DNA from: Ascoidea asiatica JCM 7603
Taxonomy: Eukaryota > Fungi > Ascomycota
DNA: 64,000 nt
NCBI GenBank assembly: GCA_001600695.1
Contig: BCKQ01000001.1
Span: forward strand, 2,423,520-2,487,519
Direction: 5' to 3'
Shown piece by piece: positions 55,701 to 64,000 of this stretch. The notes beneath the pieces are model-generated. The model was not told the origin of the DNA. It saw only the letters and a program-made list of their open reading frames with translations, and did not search any database. The position numbers and the translations under genes were made by a program. The first letter of the stretch is position 1, and each line of letters opens with the position of its first letter.

Positions 55701-58700
55701 TCTAATTCAGTATCATAACCAGCTACACTTCCAATAAACACGTTACAAACGTTACTTAAAATTCTTGGAACCTCTTTTTGGCTTCTATTTGGGGCTGGCC
55801 CTTGGTGGGTTGAAGTTTCTCGTTTTGGAACCAGTTCTAAAGCTTTAGCAATATTTTCGTCTATATCTTCGATATGCGGGCATGGTATTAGCAACCCAGT
55901 TCTGACTGGTTGAACCGAGTTTTTATCTATCATGAATGAAAGATCAGAAACGGACACAGCTCTGCCCATAGAAGATGATGATGCGTTTTCATTTTGAGAT
56001 TTCATACTTAAATCTACCATTTGAAACTTCCAAGAAATGAAAGGAATTTCCCCTGAATGATGATTGATTTCTTGAATAGAGTATGATCTGTAAGCCCTTC
56101 TTACATAAACTTCACCGGCAGCTAATGCAACATATGGATCACTATGATTCAAAAATTGGGCAAGGACATCAAAAACAACGTATCTAGAATCAATAATATC
56201 TTTTAAAATCTCCATTTGCGGTTTCCTATGAGAAACACCTATTTCACCATAATGAGTTTCAACGACTGATGATTTTAGAATGTGTTCCAATTGATCAGAA
56301 CGTTCCTTGAATGTTGGTAAGGCGCATTGAATTAAAATTTCTCTTGCTTTCAAAGCTACTTTGGCTGTTGCTCTGGATTCTAACTCAACAAGTCTTTTAA
56401 GAGACGTTTTCAAGAGCGCAGCTATTTCAGACGATTCTTTACATAGTTTTTGATAATATGACAAGATCTCTAAAGTTAAATTGTTTTTGGCCACTACGCC
56501 GGCATGACTTAATACAACTTCCATAACTTTATTCGTATCGTCATTTTCTCGGATACTTAAAATTACTTCTTGTTCATCTTTTCCAATAAAAAGTCTTTCA
56601 ATGTCACAGTATTGATCTAAAAGACTATTTATAGTACTCAATTCAAAACTGCGCATACCATTATAGTATCTATCGCATATTACTATTAAAGGATTGATAG
56701 ATTCAGATTCATCAGGATTAGAAACGAGATATTTCGATAATAGCTTTTTAAGAAGTTTAGCAGGAAATTTTTTTGAAACTTTTCCTTTGTCAATAACCTG
56801 TTTTAATCTCTCAACAAAACTCTGATCTAATCTGCCAGAAAAATTTGATAATTCTTTATCCCAAGCGCTAACAGGAAGATCACTATCTGATAAGATTTTC
56901 AATAAATCCTTAAAACAGTTTTTCATTAAAACTTGGTTATCATAACCCAAAAGGATACTTTTTAAAGTGAAAAGTAGGGTATTGAATTTATCAATTGTTT
57001 TTGTACCTGCAATCTTAGCAAGCCCGAAAGAAGGTAATGTACCTTCGAATGGTTTTGCGTGTTTGACCTTGCTTGGATCATCTAAAGCCAAAATTGCTAA
57101 TATATCTCCAGCATTCACTACTGAGCCAGGCTGTTTAATCAAAGAGATAATACCATCTTCTTGTGCAGTTAAAGGCATAACCATTTTCATAACTTCAACC
57201 TCTGCAAAAGGTTCACCTGTTTTCACATGATCTCCATTTTCAATTAGATATTTAACTAATTTACCCGGGGAAGGTGTTCTTAATTGAGTTGGGTCATTTT
57301 CGACCTCTAATAAACATGTTTTAGAATCTACTGATAACCTTGTACTTTCTACTTCATCCTTATAGTATATAGTATGTGAATTACCACCTAAAGCTAAAAG
57401 TAAACCGCCGTCGCTTAGGGATTGAACATCAACCTCGACTTGAGAGCCATTGATAAAAACTTTGTAACTATTATTTGAGGTTTTTGCACAAGTGAATTTA
57501 TATTTCATATTATCATAAATAAATTCAACAGGGAATATTGTTCTTAATAGATCCTTTGATGGGACTTGACCTTTTTCTAGTAATGATAAATAGGCCGCTT
57601 TTTGTAACTCACTTTGCTGATGAGCTTTTGTTACGGCTCCTGAAATGACAGCAATAATGGTATCAGGTCTTTCAGCAGTCAATTTTTTGGATATTAATTC
57701 ATCCAACCATCCAGTGGTAATAGTATTATCTTCGAAATCAGATGTTTCTAGCAATTTAATAAGATATTCAACAGTCGTTCTAAAGTCACCCCTTATTGAT
57801 AATTCTTTCAATGCCACAACCATATGTTTTCTTGATGCAGCTCTATTTTCACCAAAGGCAAAAATATGGCCGAATTGAGAATCAGAAAAAGAATGAATAC
57901 CACCATTGTTGCCCACTGAGAAATAGCCCCATACATTTGAGGATGATCTAAAATTCAAATCATGTAAATTACCTCCCGAAGGCTTAAACCCTTCATTTGG
58001 ATCTTCAGAAGTGATACGACAAGCAGTAACATGACCTTTTGGAACTGGTTTTCTTTGTGTTTTTAAACTTTCTGGATTATCGAAAGTAAAATCGATTGGA
58101 GTTTGGGTATGAGGATTTGCACCATAAAATAAACGAATATCATTAACTAATTCTAATGGAACACCCATTGTAATCTGTAATTGAGCAGCTGGCAAATTGA
58201 CACCGCTAACCATTTCAGTTGTTGGATGCTCGACTTGTAATCGAGGATTTAATTCTAAGAAGTAAAACTTATCATCTTCATGAGAATAAAGATATTCTAT
58301 CGTACCTGCAGAAACATATCCAACTAAATTACCTAATCTAACAGCTGCCTTTTCCATTTTATGAAAAGTTTCAGGTTTTACGATAGTAACCGGAGCTTCT
58401 TCAATAATTTTTTGATGACGTCTTTGAACAGAACAATCTCGACCAAATAGGGATATAGTGTTTTTATATTGATCGGAAATAATTTGAACTTCTATATGAC
58501 GAGCATTACCAGCTAATTTCATAATAAATATTGGGGAACCAGGTATTTCATGAGCTGCTTGTTCATATAGATTAACGAAATTATGTTCACTATCGGCTTT
58601 TCTAATACCTTTACCACCTCCACCTTCAGAAGCTTTGATCATTACAGGAAAACCAATTTTTTTAGCCTTTTCAAGACCATCTAGTGGGCTTGAGCAGCAA

Positions 58701-59884
58701 CATTTTTGATATATATCATCATCAACAGATACTAAGCCAGTTTTACTATCTAAATGAACGGTATCAACACCTATACCTGACCATGGGATGCAAGGAACTT
58801 TAGCATGTTGTGCAACAATTGTAGAACTGATTTTATCACCTAAAGATCTCATTGCGGTACCTGGAGGGCCGATAAATAAGATTTTTCTTGGAGAAGCAGC
58901 TAGCTTTTCAGGCAATAAAGGATTTTCGGAAGCATGTCCCCAACCAGCCCAAACAGCATCGACATCAGATCTTTCTGCTAGTTCAACAATCAAATCAACA
59001 TTTGCATAATTATTATTATTTGTACCGCCTGGAACTTCAATTACTTGATCAGCCATTCTGATATATTCAGCATTAGCAGAAATATCTTCAGGAGTTGCCA
59101 TTACTGTGAATTTAATGATTCTATCATCACCAAAGGTTTCATAAGCCCATTTTCTTACCGATCTAATTTGTTTTACAGCGGCAATACCATTGTTTGCTAT
59201 TAGAACTTTTTGTATGACAGTATGGCCATAGTTTTTTATTACGAATTTTTTTAAAGTTTCATCTGTATTTTTGTTAGCAAGAGAATTAGGATTTTTTTTA
59301 ATATCATTTATATTTCTTAAACCTATAAAAATTGGGTTTAAATCATTTTGTAAATTCGAATATCTTTCCGAATATTCTAAATTGTTCGAACTATTGGAAT
59401 TGATAGATAACGTAAGGGAATTATCCGAATCTGAGAGAGACATTTTGGATAAATGATTTTTTTGTTGTATAATATAATCTAAATTTTGAGATTGAATTGG
59501 ACTTGGAATAGAAGCTGGAATTGAAGATTGAGATTTAAATCGATTTTTTAATTTATTTTTACTATTTAATGAATGGAAGAATTTGAAATTATTTTTATTA
59601 ATTAATAATTTGCTTGGTTCATTAAATTGAATTGAAATAATAGGAAAAGAAGAATATTGAATCAAGCTTTGAGAATAAAATTTTTTTGAAAATAATAATG
59701 TTTGTGAGGATTTCAAACTAATTTTTTCTTTAGATTTGAAAATGCTTAATTTTTTAAATAAATTTTTGATATTACAAAACGAAAAAAATATTAGTTTTAA
59801 TCTTAAATTTAAATGAAAATTGATAGGATTAAAATTATAGTTAATAAAAGAAATGATAGAAGCAAAATAGCATTTCTTTATCAT
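52715..59884 (-). CDS. ACC1: acetyl-CoA carboxylase; long form from ATG 59884, conventional cytosolic form from ATG 59443
   Basis: Biotin carboxylase (KVLIANNGIAAVK, RDCSVQRRHQK), biotinyl motif EVMKM, Snf1-type site RAVSVSDLS, carboxyltransferase (ANWRGFSGGQRDM). Confidence 0.97.
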   Translation of the reverse strand: MIKKCYFASIISFINYNFNPINFHLNLRLKLIFFSFCNIKNLFKKLSIFKSKEKISLKSSQTLLFSKKFYSQSLIQYSSFPIISIQFNEPSKLLINKNNFKFFHSLNSKNKLKNRFKSQSSIPASIPSPIQSQNLDYIIQQKNHLSKMSLSDSDNSLTLSINSNSSNNLEYSERYSNLQNDLNPIFIGLRNINDIKKNPNSLANKNTDETLKKFVIKNYGHTVIQKVLIANNGIAAVKQIRSVRKWAYETFGDDRIIKFTVMATPEDISANAEYIRMADQVIEVPGGTNNNNYANVDLIVELAERSDVDAVWAGWGHASENPLLPEKLAASPRKILFIGPPGTAMRSLGDKISSTIVAQHAKVPCIPWSGIGVDTVHLDSKTGLVSVDDDIYQKCCCSSPLDGLEKAKKIGFPVMIKASEGGGGKGIRKADSEHNFVNLYEQAAHEIPGSPIFIMKLAGNARHIEVQIISDQYKNTISLFGRDCSVQRRHQKIIEEAPVTIVKPETFHKMEKAAVRLGNLVGYVSAGTIEYLYSHEDDKFYFLELNPRLQVEHPTTEMVSGVNLPAAQLQITMGVPLELVNDIRLFYGANPHTQTPIDFTFDNPESLKTQRKPVPKGHVTACRITSEDPNEGFKPSGGNLHDLNFRSSSNVWGYFSVGNNGGIHSFSDSQFGHIFAFGENRAASRKHMVVALKELSIRGDFRTTVEYLIKLLETSDFEDNTITTGWLDELISKKLTAERPDTIIAVISGAVTKAHQQSELQKAAYLSLLEKGQVPSKDLLRTIFPVEFIYDNMKYKFTCAKTSNNSYKVFINGSQVEVDVQSLSDGGLLLALGGNSHTIYYKDEVESTRLSVDSKTCLLEVENDPTQLRTPSPGKLVKYLIENGDHVKTGEPFAEVEVMKMVMPLTAQEDGIISLIKQPGSVVNAGDILAILALDDPSKVKHAKPFEGTLPSFGLAKIAGTKTIDKFNTLLFTLKSILLGYDNQVLMKNCFKDLLKILSDSDLPVSAWDKELSNFSGRLDQSFVERLKQVIDKGKVSKKFPAKLLKKLLSKYLVSNPDESESINPLIVICDRYYNGMRSFELSTINSLLDQYCDIERLFIGKDEQEVILSIRENDDTNKVMEVVLSHAGVVAKNNLTLEILSYYQKLCKESSEIAALLKTSLKRLVELESRATAKVALKAREILIQCALPTFKERSDQLEHILKSSVVETHYGEIGVSHRKPQMEILKDIIDSRYVVFDVLAQFLNHSDPYVALAAGEVYVRRAYRSYSIQEINHHSGEIPFISWKFQMVDLSMKSQNENASSSSMGRAVSVSDLSFMIDKNSVQPVRTGLLIPCPHIEDIDENIAKALELVPKRETSTHQGPAPNRSQKEVPRILSNVCNVFIGSVAGYDTELEVLERINEYLTDFKDDLISASIRRITFVLEDEKGSYPKYYTFRGPDYHEEKVIRHVEPALAFQLELNRLSNFNIKPVFTNNRNIHIYEAVGKNSSVDKRYFTRGIIRTGRIRDDISTAEYLISEANRLMSDILDSLSVIDLSNSDLNHIFINFSAFFNVTPKEVEAAFGGFLERFGRRLWRLRITAAEICITCTDPSSGITFPLRAFINNVSGFVVKSELYTEVKNSEGSWVFKSISSQPGSMHLRPIDTPYSGKEWLQPKRYKAHLMGTTYVYDFPELFRQAVLTQWKKLAPKSNVPFDFFSYKEVVYDGSYIHFIQREPGANTIGMVGFKVTVKTPEYPMGRSFFVVANDITFKIGSFGPEEDVLFDKITEKARQEGLPRIYLSANSGARIGLAEELISLFKVSWNQEGKPEKGFEYLYMTPEGKNVLDNSSSSNVISEEITVNGEKRFVIKSIHSKGVGVDALRGSGLIAGSTSKAYKDIFTITLVTCRSVGIGAYLVRLGQRAIQIEGQPIILTGAPAINKLLGKQVYSSNLQLGGTQIMYRNGVSHLTCADDLEGVEKIMEWLSYVPAQKGQHLPILENEDDPWDRDIEYVPTKDEPYDVRWMIEGKEETSGEFLPGLFDRDSFTETLSGWAKGVVVGRARLGGIPFGVIAVETRTVENVTPADPANPDSTEILVNEAGQVWYPNSAFKTAQAINDFNHGEELPLMVLANWRGFSGGQRDMYNEVLKYGSFIVDALVGYKQPVFIYIPPTGELRGGSWVVVDPTINSDMMEMYADAESRAGVLEPQGMIGIKYRKDKLLKTMERLDETYGNLKKELSNPSLTQSEQAELNSKLQARERSLFPIYSQVAVQFADLHDRTLHMVKRGTIRRELIWENARRFFYLRSRRRLYEEFIIKRIAKELPKATRLQQIATLKSWLPATLDYEDDQAIAKFLEVNGSLIEKKIAGLRKDFVKDSLFKLLKTNRSEFVNGLSDVIGILSDEDKEKLLGSK

Positions 59885-62082
59885 CTATTTATAAAAATAA
59901 AATAAAAAAGAGATAAAGGAAAGTAAAGGAAAAATAAGGTAAACGAATAAAGATAAATACTAAAGTTAAGAGTTGAAATCAAAAGTTGAAATAATTGTTC
60001 GTGTTTAATCTGTTCAATTCTAATGAGATTTTTTAATTGGAAATTGAAAAAATTAGAAATTGAAATTGAAATTTATGAGGTTGAAAAGATCAGGATTAAA
60101 GTTTTTCTGTGCACGCTGTACTGCTTCTACTTGTAGATATTTCGATCACAAAAAAAAACCCCGAAAGAGCAAGATTTGGTACCGCAGGATTGGCTGCTAA
60201 GTTATTAAAAAAATTGGATCATGTAAAAAAACCCACAAATGAGCAGTATCAAATGAATATAAATCAGCATCCAGCTTATCAGGGATGGTTTACAAAAAAA
60301 ATAAGGGCCAGAGAACAACTGTGAAAACAAACGGGAAAAACCTCTTCGGGGCGCAGACGTGAAGTTCGGGCCATGAGGTGTAGTGACTTCATCACTGGAA
60401 AATTGGGCTCCCAATAATTGTTGGCCTCAAGGGTTCATACCTCAGACTCTGGGATTTAACAATAAAAAAAATTTCGGGGCTCCCAGAAACTCAAGCTCAA
60501 CCCCATTTTCCCAAAATTATTCAGCGCAACTCCTATCCCCAGTAATTCTCAGTAAATTACGCTAAGGGCTTTTTATTATTTTGAGTGTCTCTCTAATCAA
60601 AGAACAAACATAAAAAGTAAAAGATGAGAAAGAATTCCAGATAATTAAATACTCAAAGTAGCTGAATGGAGTTGAGCCTGTGTCCAATAAAGCTACAACT
60701 ATTTGCTACAGGTAGTAAATTTACTGGTAAGCAATATGAATAGATAAATACATAGAAGCTGACAAGGCATAGCTCTTCATGAAGGCTTTCTCCCAACAAT
60801 TTTCAGAATCTGCCGCACTCCCAACAGTAAAAAGCAAAAGAACATACGTAACCACTGGTGAACTCCCGGTCCCAACTACAAAGGGAAACCGTATACCTCT
60901 TTACGGCAAAACTTAAGACTACCGTTCATAAAAAAATAAGTTAATTACGGTACAATATCACGTTTAACATTTGTATGGTTGGATCTTGTTTGGAGTTCGG
61001 ATTTAGGTAGTTCCCATTTTCTTGTTCAGCATATCCCGGAATTTGTTTTTTTGGTCGGCATTGTCACCTGATGTAAATTAGAACGTGAATTGATTTCACA
61101 AATCGTGAATTTTCTACAAGTTTACACCATCACTTCTCAACCACCTTAGGACTACGAAATATCGTTTACATCAGGTGACATTGTACGACAAAAGGCCTAA
61201 ATACTCTGATAGTCGGTCGAAGGTGGACCCAGAATAGACGGTCATTTGTAACTTGTTAGCTGAAATACTGTACACTCCATACACTGTGGTGTGCACTCTC
61301 GCTCTCTTGTTATCACTGTGCTCCACAGATGTTATCTTGTTTTTGATTGTGAACAATAAAACTCGATACAAAAAATAAAAATAATCATAATCAAAATCAG
61401 TATTATCATACTCATCATAATAAATACATATTATTATTGATGAATTCTTTTCTATTTTCTTCTTCATGAATAGTATCTCCCTTTTCTTTCTGCTCATTAT
61501 TTTATGGTAGAAAAAATTGATATTTAATTCAGATGGGTAGAGTTTCAAAGCCATTTTTCAAATTTCAAAGCCTTCTGTGAAAGTCTTACTCTTCTCCCAC
61601 GGTTGATTCTTAATTTATTTGTCTTTTCTTTATCATTGTTCATACAGCCATACTTTAACATTCATTGAAAAATTCAGTTTGAAAGTTTACTATGATTATT
61701 GTTAGGTTATTTTAAATTTAATGAACTTTACTCGGGTCAAAAATTAATTATTCTTTAAATTTACTCTCGCTATTAAATTTTGACGCTTTAACAACACTTT
61801 TATCAATTGCACTAGCTTTCCTACTAATTTTAGGTCATTGTTTAAAAAAGCATATTATATTCGGCCTCTTATTCAAAAAAGGTATTTCTCATGGTCTAAA
61901 TAGGAGAACATTTAGTTGGTGTAAATGCACTATATAAATATTATGTTTTCTTTCCTTAATTCTTTCTTGCTTTTTTTCATTTTATCATTTCAACATTATA
62001 TTACTTTAGCATTGATTTCAGCATTATAGCATTTCAACATTACATTGCAATCACTAAATTTAATTCCCTTGCCATTATCATT

Positions 62083-62706
62083 ATGAAATTCAGTTCAATC
62101 TTTTTATTCACTTTAATATCTTCTGTTTTTGCAGAAGAAACAGTTTACAAAACTGTTGCCACAACTACTTTAGATGCCGTAACTGTCACAACAACAAGTT
62201 GTCCAACAACCTCAACTTCAACTCTTTATAATTCCATTGTAACCTTAAATTCAGCTTCTCAATCAATTTTAGTCTCAACAACTGGTTCAATGTCAGCGGA
62301 AAATTCAAACACCTCAATATCTTCTATATATTCTCTTTCTCGTTCTTCCAACTCAGAAGCTTTACCAAGCTTGAATTCAAGTACCACTTTATTAAAAAGT
62401 TCTAATTCAACTACTTCTTTTTCAAGTATTACTAGTTCAAAATCAAAAAGAACTTCAACTTTGACTTCAACTTTAACATCTTTTAATTCATTATCTTCAA
62501 TGTCTTCGTTCGACTCTTCATCTTCATCACGAAGATCTCGTTCAACTCTAACATCAACTGTAACCGGAACCTTATCTTCTGAGTCTACATCTGAATCAGA
62601 TTTATCAAGTTCTTCAGACTCTACTTCTTCTGATAATGCTGCTTTCAAAGTCCAGAATAGTGCTGTATTTGGAGTAATTGCTGCTTTTATTTTATTATTA
62701 GTTTAA
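62083..62706 (+). CDS. Ser/Thr-rich GPI-anchored cell-wall protein
   Basis: Signal peptide MKFSSIFLFTLISSVFA, S/T-rich body, omega-site-like DNAA and hydrophobic C-terminus FGVIAAFILLLV. TATATAAA at about 61931. Confidence 0.85.
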   Translation: MKFSSIFLFTLISSVFAEETVYKTVATTTLDAVTVTTTSCPTTSTSTLYNSIVTLNSASQSILVSTTGSMSAENSNTSISSIYSLSRSSNSEALPSLNSSTTLLKSSNSTTSFSSITSSKSKRTSTLTSTLTSFNSLSSMSSFDSSSSSRRSRSTLTSTVTGTLSSESTSESDLSSSSDSTSSDNAAFKVQNSAVFGVIAAFILLLV

Positions 62707-63553
62707 GATAAAAACAATTAATCAATCTTTCTAATTTTAGGCCTCAATTTTCTTTTTTCCCTTCTTTCTTTAAATTATTTTGTGTTATTGTTTGTTTTGA
62801 TGGATACAATTTTACTTCATTTTATTTTTTATTTTTTTCTTTTTATTTTTTCATTTTTTCATTTTTTTTATTCTTTATCATTATCACTATTATTATTATA
62901 ATATTTATCATCCAATGTTGTCTATTGTTGTTCCTGTTGTGTTGTTGTTGTTTATTTGGTCATTGGTTATATCTAATATGGATTTTATTTTTCGGTTTAT
63001 AAATTTCTTTGATCTTCAGTTTAAGTTCACATCCTATTCAAACATTTTTAAGTTCGCTTTTTTTTATTTTATTTTGATACTCCTGTATTGAATTAGAATT
63101 TCAATAAAATTTTCGTTTTGAGATTTATAGTTTAAATCTTTACTTTCCAAAAATATACTGTAGCTTAGATAAAGACTTTTCAAATATTCCCCAATACAGT
63201 ATCATTGTTAAAAAAAGTTCAGTAGATAGTATACTACCAGCAGAAGTTTATCAATTTTAGATCACAAATACGGGAAATAAAATCGAGATCTTTGCAAAGT
63301 GATTTAGCGTCAAAAAAAGAAAAGCGATAAGCCGTTGATTACTAAACACAACACTTTAGCAATAGTTAAAGTAAAGCTGAAGTAGTGATTATTGAAATTT
63401 CAAAATTTTAGCTTCTTTCTACTTTAATGAACTTCAATTACTGAAGATTCTTCTTATTTTCTATATTCATTCGCAATATTTGTTTGTCGTATTTATCTAA
63501 ATATATGTTGTTTGCTAAATAATTTATTTTTCTTTCAACTAGTGTATAAAAGA

Positions 63554-64000
63554 ATGACTAAGGGAAAAAAGGATTCTTCTGATTTAAGTGAAGATATTGA
63601 AATAATCGAAGGTGGTGGATTTATAATTGAGAGGAAAAGAACAACCCGCTCTTCAACAAGATCAGCAACAATTGCATCTAAAGCAAAAGCTAAAAGTTCT
63701 TCTAAAATTCCTCTATGCAGAAAATCAAATAAATCCAAGGGAAAAGAAAAAGAAGAAGTCAAAGCAATTATAGAAATTGATGCAGAAAAAAATAAAAATA
63801 GCACAACAAAGATCGATTTGAATGACTTGCCTAAAGAAGAAAGTGGTGAGTCAAAAAGTCGATTTTTTAGCGATGTAGGTAAAAATAAATCAGCTTCAAA
63901 GGATTTAAAAAGTGTATATATAGACACACTTCTCCCAAGGAAAAGAAGAACAAGAAGCTCTGTAAAAGCTGAGATAGAAAAAAAAAAAAAAAATAAAATA
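63554..64000 (+). CDS. 5' part of an unidentified basic/charged protein, runs off the right edge
   Basis: ATG at 63554 (AGAATGA) opens a stop-free frame to the window end: MTKGKKDSSDLSEDIEIIEGGGFIIERKRTTRSSTRS...LLPRKRRTRSS. Confidence 0.7.
   Translation, partial: MTKGKKDSSDLSEDIEIIEGGGFIIERKRTTRSSTRSATIASKAKAKSSSKIPLCRKSNKSKGKEKEEVKAIIEIDAEKNKNSTTKIDLNDLPKEESGESKSRFFSDVGKNKSASKDLKSVYIDTLLPRKRRTRSSVKAEIEKKKKNKI

Noticed and set aside
17149-59884. A lipid/carbon metabolic gene cluster (DIP2, IDH1, CAT8, SAL1, thioesterase, ACC1)
   Set aside because: The genes are interspersed with unrelated housekeeping genes and no shared promoter motif is evident; ancestral synteny explains much of the order.
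1-64000. tRNA, rRNA, CRISPR arrays, LTRs
   Set aside because: No cloverleaf with proper A/B boxes, no repeat-spacer array and no long direct repeats were seen by eye. A tRNAscan-SE/Rfam run would be decisive.

Overview
Very AT-rich eukaryotic nuclear DNA from a budding yeast (Saccharomycotina). The extreme AT bias, poly-Asn expansions and scarce CTG codons suggest an Ascoidea-like lineage, which is an inference only. The window holds 18 complete protein-coding genes: RHO3 (1 intron), YVC1, NST1, RHO2, SSB Hsp70, DIP2/CMR2, a CENP-B/pogo-type HTH protein, RTT106 (1 intron), IDH1, an RGS2-like gene, CAT8, SAL1, an ACOT9-like thioesterase, TAF8, a TMA108-like M1 aminopeptidase, REV7, ACC1 and a GPI cell-wall protein. 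Two further genes are cut by the window edges. No tRNA, rRNA, CRISPR or intact transposon was seen. Most notable observations: (1) a 147-codon, AUG-initiated, presequence-like in-frame extension of ACC1, suggesting one gene supplies both cytosolic and mitochondrial ACC; (2) a hidden, frameshifted 3' relic of the essential KRE33/NAT10 gene between SAL1 and CAT8, plus two more decayed gene relics between IDH1 and RGS2; (3) a domesticated pogo/CENP-B DNA-binding protein with a Q/N-rich region; (4) a 22-nt coding overlap between TMA108 and REV7; (5) an AAG splice acceptor in RTT106; (6) several hairpin-dense intergenic islands that are candidate structured RNAs. All homology calls come from recalled motifs, not database searches.
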